Source: Nemertoderma westbladi
Lineage: Eukaryota > Animalia > Xenacoelomorpha
Direction: 5' to 3'
Length of the DNA: 39,635 bases
Assembly (NCBI GenBank): GCA_032718475.1
Contig: JAUCBJ010002489.1
Location: 1 to 39,635, forward strand
In this document: piece by piece, positions 1 to 12,677 of the stretch
Numbering within the stretch: the first letter of the stretch is position 1
Layout of the letters: each line of letters opens with the position of its first letter
The notes under the pieces: model-generated
Databases searched by the model: none
What the model saw: only the letters and a program-made list of their open reading frames with translations
What the model was told of the DNA's origin: nothing
Made by a program: the position numbers and the translations under genes

Positions 1-1310
1 TTTCCTAATTGGTCTGTTTCTAAACCAACCTTTCCTGATTGGTCTGTATCCTCACTAACCTTTCCTATTTGGTCTGTTTCTACACAAACCTGTCCTGATT
101 GGTCTGTTTCTACACCAACCTTCCCCGATTGGTCTGTTTCTACACCAACCTTTCCTGATTGGTTTGTTTCTACACTAACCTTTCCTGATTGGTCTGTATC
201 CTCACCAACCTTCCCCGATTGGTCTGTTTCTACACCAACCTTTCCTGATTGGTTTGTTTCTACACTAACCTTTCCTGATTGGTCTGTATCCTCACTAACC
301 TTTCCTAATTGGTCTGTTTCTACACAAACCTGTCATGATTGGTCTGTTTCTACACTAACCTTTCCTGACTGGTCTGTATCCTCACTAACCTTTCCTAATT
401 GGTCTGTTTCTACACAAACCTGTCCTGATTGGTCTGTTTCTAAACTAACCTTTCCTGATTGGTCTGTATCCTCACTAACCTTTCCTAATTGGTCTGTTTC
501 TACACAAACCTGTCCTGATTGGTCTGTTTCTACACCAACCTTCCCCGATTGGTCTGTTTCTACACCAACCTTTCCTGATTGGTTTGTTTCTACACTAACC
601 TTTCCTGATTGGTCTGTATCCTCACTAACCTTTCCTAATTGGTCTGTTTTTACACAAACCTGTCCTGATTGGTCAGATTATACACCAACCTTTCCTGATT
701 GGTCTGTTTCTACACCAACCTTTCCTGATTGGTTTGTTTCTACACTAACATTTCCTGATTGGTCTGTATCCTCACTAACCTTTCCTAATTGGTCTGTTTC
801 TACACCAACCTTTCCTGATTGGTCTGTATCCTCACTAACCTTTCCTAATTGGTCTGTTTCTACACCAACCTTTCCTGATTGGTCTGTATTCTCACTAACC
901 TTTCCAAATTGGTCTGTTTCTACACAAACCTGTCCTGATTGGTCTGTTTCTACACTAACCTTTCCTGATTGGTCTGTATCTTCACTAACCTTTCCTAATT
1001 GGTCTGTTTCTACACAAACCTGTCCTGATTGGTCTGTTTCTACACTAACCTTTCCTGATTGGTCTGTATCCTCACTAACCTTTCCTAATTGGTCTGTTTC
1101 TACACCAACCTTTCCTGATTGGTCTGTATCCTCACTAACCTTTCCTAATTGGTCTGTTTCTACACAAACCTGTCCTGATTGGTCTGTTTCTACAATAACC
1201 TTTCCTGATTGGTCTGTATCCTCACTAACCTTTCCTAATTGGTCTGTTTCTACACAAACCTGTCCTGATTGGTCTGTTTCTACACTAACCTTTCCTGATT
1301 GGTCTGTTTC
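1..1310. repeat. 30-bp minisatellite derived from the exon H/intron junction, about 43 copies, running off the window
   Basis: Plus-strand unit TTTCCTGATTGGTCTGTTTCTACACTAACC. On the gene strand this is GAAACAGACCAATCAGGAAAG|GTTAGTGTA; the last copy is the real exon end. Confidence 0.97.
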
Positions 1311-1873
1311 TTCAACAGACCCTGACAGGACGCCTCGTCTCTCCCCTTCTCATCGCTCATAAAATACAACTCCATCTCGCTCATCCATTGTTCAGCCTCG
1401 TTGGCGTCCTCAAAGTAAGTCTGTGCATCGAAGGACTCTCCGAGCTTCCGGTCGCGATCCCCGATCACCTCGTTCAACTCGTTCCACGCCGTCTCCAACT
1501 GGAAAATCTTCGCGTCAACGAGCTCCGGGTCGCAGAGTTTCTCCTCCGCCAGCTCCCGTCCCGAGTCGCACACCGAGTTGATCCGGGGTTCGTGACACTC
1601 AATATCGTTACGCAGGTTGTTGTTCTTGTTCTGTAGGAGTTGTACCGCAAGCAACGAGTTGCCAACGTCCGGGTTCTCCGCAAGCGGTTTGCGTTCCTCG
1701 ATCCAGAGTAATTCGTCGTCCACATCCCGGAAGAATTGATGGATTCTGAGTTTCTCCTCGAGTTTGCGTCGGCGTTCCTTGAGGGGATCGTCCAACTGCA
1801 CGAATTTGGACTCGACTTCGTTGGATTTTCCGATGGCCTGGACGCAGACCTCCTCTCCGAGGTCGTCAAGGAC
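1290..1873 (-). CDS. SPTBN1-like: Beta-spectrin coding exon H (VLDDLGEE...HQFFRDVDDELLWIEER...EAEQWMSEMELY...LLKKQTNQER)
   Basis: Acceptor CCCTTAG|GTC at 1874 and donor AAG|GTTAGT at 1289. 584 nt. Spectrin repeats resembling beta-spectrin 'HQFNRDVEDEILWVGER' and 'EAEAWMSEQELY'. The gene continues beyond the left window edge. Confidence 0.92.
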
Positions 1874-2405
1874 CTAAGGGAAATAAAAAAAAAATATTAT
1901 AGAAGCTGTTAGTGGAGTAGTAAGTAGTGTAAGTCCGGTTCCTAAACTACAAGTTTAATGCGCACTGTAAGAGAAAAAACAACCCCACGCCCAACGCCCA
2001 CCGCCCCCCCCCCCCCCCCCCCTTCCCTCTAAGACGTTTTTACTTTATTTTACAATGTCTAACCTAAATAAAAAGGAAAGTTTCATCACCGTTGTATTAC
2101 TTTATGAATAACGTCACATTATTACTGTGTCTTGAACTGGTGGGCGGCATAATGACTATTGGGTTTTATACGTATATTTCATAATGTAATAGAATATTTG
2201 CTACCAATAAATTTAATAACTCAAACAACAAAATACAATGTAGTATCTTAAACTATTCTACAGAATGCTTCTTGGATGTACGACAAATGCTAATAGAACA
2301 AAATATTTATATATTACCAAACGTAAAGAATCATTAACAGTATTATCAATTCAATCACCGATCTTACTCAAACTCGAATAAAAACCTACATCGAAAATAT
2401 ATCAA

Positions 2406-5400
2406 ATGAGTTCCCGAACTAAATGAACCAACGTGCGCCATGAGTTCCCTAACTAAATGAACCAACGTGCGCCATGAGTTCCCGAACTAAATGAACCAAC
2501 GTGCGCCATGAGTTACCAAACTAAATGAACCAACGTGCGCCATGAGTTCCCGAACTAAATGAACCAACGTGCGCCATGAGTTACCAAACTAAATGAACCA
2601 ACGTGCGCCATGAGTTCCCGAACTAAATGAACCAACGTGCGCCATGAGTTACCAAACTAAATGAACCAACGTGCGCCATGAGTTCCCTAACTAAATGAAC
2701 CAACGTGCGCCATGAGTTCCCGAACTAAATGAACCAACGTGCGCCATGAGTTCCCGAACTAAATGAACCAACGTGCGCCATGAGTTACCAAACTAAATGA
2801 ACCAACGTGCGCCATGAGTTCCCGAACTAAATGAACCAACGTGCGCCATGAGTTCCCGAACTAAATGAACCAACGTGCGCCATGAGTTACCAAACTAAAT
2901 GAACCAACGTGCGCCATGAGTTACCAAACTAAATGAACCAACGTGCGCCATGAGTTCCCAAACTAAATGAACCAACGTGCGCCATGAGTTCCCTAACTAA
3001 ATGAACCAACGTGCGCCATGAGTTCCCGAACTAAATGAACCAACGTGCGCCATGAGTTCCCGAACTAAATGAACCAACGTGCGCCATGAGTTCCCGAACT
3101 AAATGAACCAACGTGCGCCATGAGTTACCAAACTAAATGAACCAACGTGCGCCATGAGTTCCCGAACTAAATGAACCAACGTGCGCCATGAGTTCCCGAA
3201 CTAAATGAACCAACCTGCGCCATGAGTTCCCGAACTAAATGAACCAACCTGCGCCATGAGTTCCCGAACTAAATGAACCAACGTGCGCCATGAGTTCCCG
3301 AACTAAATGAACCAACGTGCGCCATGAGTTCCCGAACTAAATGAACCAACGTGCGCCATGAGTTCCCTAACTAAATGAACCAACGTGCGCCATGAGTTCC
3401 CGAACTAAATGAACCAACGTGCGCCATGAGTTCCCGAACTAAATGAACCAACATGCGCCATGAGTTCCCTAACTAAATGAACCAACATGCGCCATGAGTT
3501 CCCTAACTAAATGAACCAACGTGCGCCATGAGTTCCCAAACTAAATGAACCAACGTGCGCCATGAGTTCCCGAACTAAATGAACCAACGTGCGCCATGAG
3601 TTCCCGAACTAAATGAACCAACGTGCGCCATGAGTTACCAAACTAAATGAACCAACGTGCGCCATGAGTTCCCGAACTAAATGAACCAACGTGCGCCATG
3701 AGTTCCCAAACTAAATGAACCAACGTGCGCCATGAGTTCCCGAACTAAATGAACCAACGTGCGCCATGAGTTCCCTAACTAAATGAACCAACGTGCGCCA
3801 TGAGTTCCCTAACTAAATGAACCAACGTGCGCCATGAGTTCCCGAACTAAATGAACCAACGTGCGCCATGAGTTACCGAACTAAATGAACCAACCTGCGC
3901 CATGAGTTACCAAACTAAATGAACCAACGTGCGCCATGAGTTCCCGAACTAAATGAACCAACGTGCGCCATGAGTTACCAAACTAAATGAACCAACGTGC
4001 GCCATGAGTTCCCGAACTAAATGAACCAACGTGCGCCATGAGTTCCCTAACTAAATGAACCAACGTGCGCCATGAGTTCCCTAACTAAATGAACCAACGT
4101 GCGCCATGAGTTCCCTAACTAAATGAACCAACGTGCGCCATGAGTTACCAAACTAAATGAACCAACGTGCGCCATGAGTTCCCGAACTAAATGAACCAAC
4201 GTGCGCCATGAGTTACCAAACTAAATGAACCAACGTGCGCCATGAGTTCCCGAACTAAATGAACCAACGTGCGCCATGAGTTCCCAAACTAAATGAACCA
4301 ACGTGCGCCATGAGTTCCCAAACTAAATGAACCAACGTGCGCCATGAGTTCCCTAACTAAATGAACCAACGTGCGCCATGAGTTCCCTAACTAAATGAAC
4401 CAACGTGCGCCATGAGTTCCCGAACTAAATGAACCAACGTGCGCCATGAGTTACCAAACTAAATGAACCAACGTGCGCCATGAGTTCCCGAACTAAATGA
4501 ACCAACGTGCGCCATGAGTTCCCGAACTAAATGAACCAACGTGCGCCATGAGTTCCCGAACTAAATGAACCAACGTGCGCCATGAGTTCCCAAACTAAAT
4601 GAACCAACGTGCGCCATGAGTTCCCGAACTAAATGAACCAACCTGCGCCATGAGTTCCCAAACTAAATGAACCAACGTGCGCCATGAGTTACCAAACTAA
4701 ATGAACCAACGTGCGCCATGAGTTACCAAACTAAATGAACCAACGTGCGCCATGAGTTCCCGAACTAAATGAACCAACCTGCGCCATGAGTTCCCGAACT
4801 AAATGAACCAACGTGCGCCATGAGTTACCAAACTAAATGAACCAACGTGCGCCATGAGTTACCAAACTAAATGAACCAACGTGCGCCATGAGTTCCCAAA
4901 CTAAATGAACCAACGTGCGCCATGAGTTACCAAACTAAATGAACCAACGTGCGCCATGAGTTACCAAACTAAATGAACCAACGTGCGCCATGAGTTCCCT
5001 AACTAAATGAACCAACGTGCGCCATGAGTTCCCGAACTAAATGAACCAACCTGCGCCATGAGTTCCCGAACTAAATGAACCAACGTGCGCCATGAGTTAC
5101 CAAACTAAATGAACCAACGTGCGCCATGAGTTCCCTAACTAAATGAACCAACGTGCGCCATGAGTTCCCGAACTAAATGAACCAACGTGCGCCATGAGTT
5201 CCCGAACTAAATGAACCAACCTGCGCCATGAGTTACCAAACTAAATGAACCAACGTGCGCCATGAGTTCCCGAACTAAATGAACCAACATGCGCCATGAG
5301 TTCCCGAACTAAATGAACCAACCTGCGCCATGAGTTACCAAACTAAATGAACCAACGTGCGCCATGAGTTACCAAACTAAATGAACCACCGTGCGCCATG

Positions 5401-8400
5401 AGTTCCCTAACTAAATGAACCAACCTGCGCCATGAGTTCCCGAACTAAATGAACCAACGTGCGCCATGAGTTTCCGAACTAAATGAACCAACGTGCGCCA
5501 TGAGTTCCCGAACTAAATGAACCAACCTGCGCCATGAGTTCCCGAACTAAATGAACCAACGTGCGCCATGAGTTACCAAACTAAATGAACCAACGTGCGC
5601 CATGAGTTCCCTAACTAAATGAACCAACCTGCGCCATGAGTTCCCGAACTAAATGAACCAACCTGCGCCATGAGTTCCCGAACTAAATGAACCAACGTGC
5701 GCCATGAGTTACCAAACTAAATGAACCAACGTGCGCCATGAGTTACCAAACTAAATGAACCACCGTGCGCCATGAGTTCCCGAACTAAATGAACCAACGT
5801 GTGCCATGAGTACCCGAACTAAATGAACCAACGTGCGCCATGAGTTCCCAAACTAAATGAACCAACGTGCGCCATGAGTTCCCGAACTAAATGAACCAAC
5901 GTGCGCCATGAGTTCCCAAACTAAATGAACCAACGTGCGCCATGAGTTCCCGAACTAAATGAACCAACGTGCGCCATGAGTTCCCTAACTAAATGAACCA
6001 ACGTGCGCCATGAGTTACCAAACTAAATGAACCAACGTGCGCCATGAGTTCCCGAACTAAATGAACCAACCTGCGCCATGAGTTACCAAACTAAATGAAC
6101 CAACGTGCGCCATGAGTTCCCGAACTAAATGAACCAACGTGCGCCATGAGTTCCCTAACTAAATGAACCAACGTGCGCCATGAGTTCCCTAACTAAATGA
6201 ACCAACCTGCGCCATGAGTTACCAAACTAAATGAACCAACGTGCGCCATGAGTTACCAAACTAAATGAACCAACCTGCGCCATGAGTTCCCTAACTAAAT
6301 GAACCAACCTGCGCCATGAGTTCCCGAACTAAATGAACCAACGTGGGCCATGAGTTCCCGAACTAAATGAACCAACCTGCGCCATGAGTTACCAAACTAA
6401 ATGAACCAACGTGCGCCATGAGTTCCCTAACTAAATGAACCAACCTGCGCCATGAGTTCCCGAACTAAATGAACCAACGTGGGCCATGAGTTCCCGAACT
6501 AAATGAACCAACCTGCGCCATGAGTTACCAAACTAAATGAACCAACGTGCGCCATGAGTTACCAAACTAAATGAACCAACGTGCGCCATGAGTTCCCAAA
6601 CTAAATGAACCAACGTGCGCCATGAGTTCCCGAACTAAATGAACCAACGTGCGCCATGAGTTCCCTAACTAAATGAACCAACGTGTGCCATGAGTTACCA
6701 AACTAAATGAACCAACGTGCGCCATGAGTTCCCTAACTAAATGAACCAACGTGCGCCATGAGTTCCCGAACTAAATGAACCAACGTGCGCCATGAGTTCC
6801 CGAACTAAATGAACCAACCTGCGCCATGAGTTACCAAACTAAATGAACCAACGTGCGCCATGAGTTCCCGAACTAAATGAACCAACGTGCGCCATGAGTT
6901 CCCGAACTAAATGAACCAACCTGCGCCATGAGTTACCAAACTAAATGAACCAACGTGCGCCATGAGTTACCAAACTAAATGAACCACCGTGTGCCATGAG
7001 TTCCCTAACTAAATGAACCAACCTGCGCCATGAGTTCCCGAACTAAATGAACCAACGTGCGCCATGAGTTTCCGAACTAAATGAACCAACGTGCGCCATG
7101 AGTTCCCGAACTAAATGAACCAACCTGCGCCATGAGTTCCCGAACTAAATGAACCAACGTGCACCATGAGTTACCAAACTAAATGAACCAACGTGCGCCA
7201 TGAGTTCCCTAACTAAATGAACCAACCTGCGCCATGAGTTCCCGAACTAAATGAACCAACCTGCGCCATGAGTTCCCGAACTAAATGAACCAACGTGCGC
7301 CATGAGTTACCAAACTAAATGAACCAACGTGCGCCATGAGTTACCAAACTAAATGAACCACCGTGCGCCATGAGTTCCCGAACTAAATGAACCAACGTGT
7401 GCCATGAGTACCCGAACTAAATGAACCAACGTGCGCCATGAGTTCCCAAACTAAATGAACCAACATGCGCCATGAGTTCCCGAACTAAATGAACCAACGT
7501 GCGCCATGAGTTCCCAAACTAAATGAACCAACGTGCGCCATGAGTTCCCGAACTAAATGAACCAACGTGCGCCATGAGTTCCCGAACTAAATGAACCAAC
7601 GTGCGCCATGAGTTACCAAACTAAATGAACCAACGTGCGCCATGAGTTCCCGAACTAAATGAACCAACCTGCGCCATGAGTTACCAAACTAAATGAACCA
7701 ACGTGCGCCATGAGTTCCCGAACTAAATGAACCAACGTGCGCCATGAGTTCCCTAACTAAATGAACCAACGTGCGCCATGAGTTCCCTAACTAAATGAAC
7801 CAACCTGCGCCATGAGTTACCAAACTAAATGAACCAACGTGCGCCATGAGTTACCAAACTAAATGAACCAACCTGCGCCATGAGTTCCCGAACTAAATGA
7901 ACCAACGTGCGCCATGAGATACCGAACTAAATGAACCAACGTGCGCCATGAGTTACCAAACTAAATGAACCAACGTGCGCCATGAGTTCCCTAACTAAAT
8001 GAACCAACCTGCGCCATGAGTTACCAAACTAAATGAACCAACGTGCGCCATATGAGTTCCCGAACTAAATGAACCAACGTGTGCCATGAGTACCCGAACT
8101 AAATGAACCAACGTGCGCCATGAGTTCCCAAACTAAATGAACCAACGTGCGCCATGAGTTCCCGAACTAAATGAACCAACGTGCGCCATGAGTTCCCAAA
8201 CTAAATGAACCAACGTGCGCCATGAGTTCCCGAACTAAATGAACCAACGTGCGCCATGAGTTCCCTAACTAAATGAACCAACGTGTGCCATGAGTACCCG
8301 AACTAAATGAACCAACGTGCGCCATGAGTTCCCAAACTAAATGAACCAACGTGCGCCATGAGTTCCCGAACTAAATGAACCAACGTGCGCCATGAGTTCC

Positions 8401-10835
8401 CAAACTAAATGAACCAACGTGCGCCATGAGTTCCCGAACTAAATGAACCAACGTGCGCCATGAGTTCCCTAACTAAATGAACCAACGTGCGCCATGAGTT
8501 ACCAAACTAAATGAACCAACGTGCGCCATGAGTTCCCGAACTAAATGAACCAACCTGCGCCATGAGTTACCAAACTAAATGAACCAACGTGCGCCATGAG
8601 TTCCCGAACTAAATGAACCAACGTGCGCCATGAGTTCCCTAACTAAATGAACCAACGTGCGCCATGAGTTCCCTAACTAAATGAACCAACCTGCGCCATG
8701 AGTTACCAAACTAAATGAACCAACGTGCGCCATGAGTTACCAAACTAAATGAACCAACCTGCGCCATGAGTTCCCGAACTAAATGAACCAACGTGCGCCA
8801 TGAGATACCGAACTAAATGAACCAACAACGTGCGCCATGAGTTACCAAACTAAATGAACCAACGTGCGCCATGAGTTCCCTAACTAAATGAACCAACCTG
8901 CGCCATGAGTTACCAAACTAAATGAACCAACGTGCGCCATGAGTTCCCTAACTAAATGAACCAACGTGCGCCATGAGTTACCAAACTAAATGAACCAACG
9001 TGCGCCATGAGTTCCCGAACTAAATGAACCAACCTGCGCCATGAGTTACCAAACTAAATGAACCAACGTGCGCCATGAGTTCCCGAACTAAATGAACCAA
9101 CGTGCGCCATGAGTTACCAAACTAAATGAACCAACCTGCGCCATGAGTTCCCGAACTAAATGAACCAACGTGCGCCATGAGATACCGAACTAAATGAACC
9201 AACATGCGCCATGAGTTCCCGAACTAAATAAACCAAAGTGCACCATGAGTTCCCGAACTAAATGAACCAACATGCGCCATGAGTTCCCTAACTAAATAAA
9301 CCAACGTGCGCCATGAGTTCCCTAACTAAATGAACCTACGTGCGCCATGAGATACCGAACTAAATGAACCAACGTGCGCCATGAGATACCGAACTAAATG
9401 AACCAACGTGCGCCATGAGTTCCCGAACTAAATGAACCAACGTGCGCCATGAGATACCGAACTAAATGAACCAACGTGCGCCATGAGTTCCCGAACTAAA
9501 TGAACCAACATGCGCCATGAGTTCCCGAACTATATGAACCAATGTGCGCCATGAGTTCCCGAACTAAATGAACCAACGTGCGCCATGAGATACCGAACTA
9601 AATGAACCAACCTGCGCCATGAGTTCCCGAACTAAATGAACCAACGTGCGCCATGAGATACCGAACTAAATGAACCAACGTGCGCCATGAGTTCCCGAAC
9701 TAAATAAACCAAAGTGCACCATGAGTTCCCGAACTAAATGAACCAACATGCGCCATGAGTTCCCGAACTAAATGAACCAACGTGCGCCATGAGATACCGA
9801 ACTAAATGAACCAAAGTGCACCATGAGTTCCCTAACTAAATGAACCAACCTGCGCCATGAGTTCCCGAACTAAATGAACCAACGTGCGCCATGAGTTCCC
9901 GAACTAAATGATCCAACGTGCGCCATGAGTTCCCGAACTAAATAAACCAACGTGCGCCATGAGTTGCCGAACTAAATGAACCAACGTGCGCCATGAGTTC
10001 CCGAACTAAATGAACCAACGTGCGCCATGAGTTACCAAACTAAATGAACCAACATGCGCCATGAGTTCCCGAACTAAATGAACCAACGTGCGCCATGAGA
10101 TACCGAACTAAATGAACCAACGTGCGCCATGAGTTCCCTAACTAAATGAACCAACGTGCGCCATGAGTTCCCGAACTAAATGAACCTACGTGCGCCATGA
10201 GTTCCCTAACTAAATGAACCAACCTGCGCCATGAGTTACCGAACTAAATGAACCAACGTGCGCCATGAGTTCCCGAACTAAATGATCCAACGTGCGCCAT
10301 GAGTTCCCGAACTAAATAAACCAACGTGCGCCATGTGTTGCCGAACTAAATGAACCAACGTGCGCCATGAGTTCCCGAACTAAATGAACCAACGTGCGCC
10401 ATGAGTTCCCGAACTAAATGAACCAACGTGCGCCATGAGTTACCAAACTAAATGAACCAACATGCGCCATGAGTTCCCGAACTAAATGAACCAACGTGCG
10501 CCATGATATACCGAACTAAATGAACCAACCTGCGACATGAGTTCCCGAACTAAATGAACCAACGTGCGCCATGAGTTCCCGAACTAAATGAACCAACGTG
10601 CGCCATGAGTTACCAAACTAAATGAACCAACATGCGCCATGAGTTCCCGAACTAAATGAACCAACCTGCGACATATGTTCCCGAACTAAATGAACCAACG
10701 TGCGCCATGAGTTCCCGAACTAAATGAACCAACCTGCGCCTGTCCATGCAGTTCCCGAACTAAATGAACCTACGTGCGCCATGAGTTCCCGAACTAAATG
10801 AACCAACCTGCGCCTGTCCATGAAGTTCCCGAACT
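2406..10835. repeat. 34-bp minisatellite derived from the exon G/intron junction, about 248 copies (8.4 kb)
   Basis: Plus-strand unit ATGAGTTCCCGAACTAAATGAACCAACGTGCGCC. On the gene strand this is GGCGCAC|GTTGGTTCATTTAGTTCGGGAACTCAT, a 6-nt-deleted copy of the exon end plus donor. Confidence 0.97.
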
Positions 10836-11188
10836 TGATGCTGCCGAACTACCAACTGATCCTCGTAAATCTTCTGCTTCTGCAACTCGAGATTAACCGT
10901 AGTTAAGTTGGTGGTGGTGTCTTCCACAGTGAGCTGTTTCTCGAGATCAGTCATCCAGGTATCTATATCGTCCACGGTCTGGTTAAACAACGTCTCCTTA
11001 TTGGCGTCGAATAGTTTCTGCCCCTTAGCCCGAGTGGCCGCATCCAACTCATCGAATTCCACGCGGATTCTATCCATTTCCTCTCCGACCATCTCAGCGG
11101 AATCCGGTCTCTCTTCCGCTATGGCGTCGGCTTTCTTCTGTAGAGCGTCGATTCTGGCTCGATTGGCTTGGATCTCCGCTTCAAACGC
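10808..11188 (-). CDS. SPTBN1-like: Beta-spectrin coding exon G (AFEAEIQANR...KGQKLFDANK...RELHGQAQ)
   Basis: Acceptor TTTTTAG|GCG and donor CAG|GTTGGT. 381 nt. Continues KHQ|AFEAE and contains 'LFDANK'. Confidence 0.92.
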
Positions 11189-11358
11189 CTAAAAAATTAT
11201 TTCTTATTAACATAATGCAAGTGATTAATTAAATTAAAAATACATTAAATTAAATTAACATAAATAAGTCATTAACATAAAAGTGTTGGAAATTCTTTCC
11301 ACGGACTTATTATTATAACTTTCGTTGGAAACATATTTTAGCAAATTCGGCAATGACG

Positions 11359-11427
11359 TCTAGGTGGGATCGAACCGGTGACTTCCATGTTCGAAGTCTG
11401 GAGCTTTAACAATTCCGCTAGCGGCTC
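11359..11427 (-). mobile_element. tRNA-derived SINE head or tRNA pseudogene within an intron
   Basis: The minus strand reads GAGCCGC-TAGCGGAATTG (A-box-like)...GACTTCGAAC...GGTTCGATCC (B-box)-CACCTAGA with tRNA-like spacing. The acceptor stem is poor. Confidence 0.6.
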
Positions 11428-11629
11428 AGACGGTAGACATGGAAAAACTACCTGATATTATATTGTATGGCCGCAATTTACGTTTGGGAGGACGTGATGA
11501 TATAACGTAGTCAATGATATCAAAGTTCCAGATCTACATTCTATATCTGAGACACTAGCAGAATAGTACAACCAAAACACCAATATATTTTAGCTGACAC
11601 ATGGTTACGCGATCACTGATTAACTGTAC

Positions 11630-11833
11630 CTGGTGTTTCTGCCATTTGGTCTGGAGATTCCTCGCGTCCGCCATCGAGTCGTCCGTTGCTGTCAGCATCT
11701 TCTCATTGATCCACAGATGGGTATCCTCCCCCTCCTCCAACCAACTGTGGACGATCAGACTCTCTCTCAGCACGCTGAGAATCCGCTCCGCCTCCGAGCG
11801 GTTTTGGTTCCTACGCGCCTCCAATTCCTCCAC
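11630..11833 (-). CDS. SPTBN1-like: Beta-spectrin coding exon F (VEELEARRNQNR...WINEKMLTA...ARNLQTKWQKHQ)
   Basis: Acceptor GTTTAG|GTG and donor CAG|GTACAG. 204 nt. 'WINEKMLTA...ARNL..KW.KHQ' is a beta-spectrin motif. Confidence 0.93.
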
Positions 11834-12077
11834 CTAAACGGAATAAGATTACAAGGAACTCGATAGAAATCAGAACCAGTAAATGGGGATATGGATACAG
11901 TGATACATACAGTGTTTAAAATTAAAACAATAAGTTTAGTATCATAAATCAATTTAGTTTTATACTATATATAAGGTGATGGATATTATATTGCTGATGG
12001 AAATAATGGTGATGGATATAAGGTGGAGGTTTGGGTTAGTTTTATATACTTGGGGTTTGGTCGTATGATTTACTCAC

Positions 12078-12263
12078 CTTGGCCCGAATCCGATCCTCGT
12101 AAATATGTTTATCTTCGATTAAACTCCTACCGAACCCGATGACGCTGTTTATCTTCTGGTCGTTGGCGTCCAGCGTTGCTAGGTAATCATCGTATAACTT
12201 TATCTGTTCGTTGGTTTTAACTAAAGTGCTGGGCGCTTCTGATCCCTTACTGAGGAAGTTGTC
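12078..12263 (-). CDS. SPTBN1-like: Beta-spectrin coding exon E (DNFLSKGSEAPSTL...ATLDANDQKINSVIGFGRSLI...DRIRAK)
   Basis: Not in the ORF track; translated by hand. Acceptor TCATTAG|GAC and donor AAG|GTGAGT. 186 nt, open frame, spectrin-repeat-like. Confidence 0.9.
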
Positions 12264-12416
12264 CTAATGAAATAATAACAAAATATTGTGGATTAAAAAT
12301 AATTTAGATTAATAAAGGACATATTAACAACGTGCGGTGTGAAGGTATAAAATATATTAAATTACTATTAAAGTTTTGTTAATTATGTATTCAAGGTAGG
12401 ACTTAATTAATCTTAC

Positions 12417-12599
12417 CTGTCGGTTTAGTAACACGTCAGCCTGTTTGGCGTCCCGAACAAACAATTCGTAGCTGTGAGATTGACCGAGGAACTGTTGTCT
12501 GTTGTTCCACATTGAGCCCAAATCGTTCCACCCCTTGTCCAACCCATCCAATCGCTGCTTTAGGAACACGTATTGTGTGTCATCCTGGCCTTCTGTGAC
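12417..12599 (-). CDS. SPTBN1-like: Beta-spectrin coding exon D (VTEGQDDTQYVFLKQRLDGLDKGW...DVLLNRQ)
   Basis: Acceptor TTCACAG|GTC and donor CAG|GTAAGA. 183 nt, phase 0/0. Resembles beta-spectrin 'VTQGQTDAQYMFLRQRL'. Confidence 0.93.
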
Positions 12600-12677
12600 C
12601 TGTGAAAATTTAATAATCACCATGGAGGTCAGAAAATGATTAATTTATTAGGAACCCCAACGAAATTTTCCAACAGA

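Noticed and set aside
1-1310. Array of CCAAT boxes (CTGATTGG) as a promoter or enhancer
   Set aside because: The motif is simply the exon codons ACC AAT CAG copied in the repeat; there is no independent regulatory evidence.
2004-2021. Poly-C runs (also about 25540-25560) as G-quadruplex elements
   Set aside because: Simple homopolymers of unreliable length with no supporting context.
2406-10835. CRISPR-like appearance of a 34-bp repeat
   Set aside because: Units are head-to-tail with no unique spacers, there are no cas genes, the context is a eukaryotic intron, and the unit derives from the adjacent exon.
11359-11427. Functional tRNA-Arg(TCG) gene
   Set aside because: A/B boxes are present but the acceptor and anticodon stems pair poorly; it is better explained as a SINE head or pseudogene.
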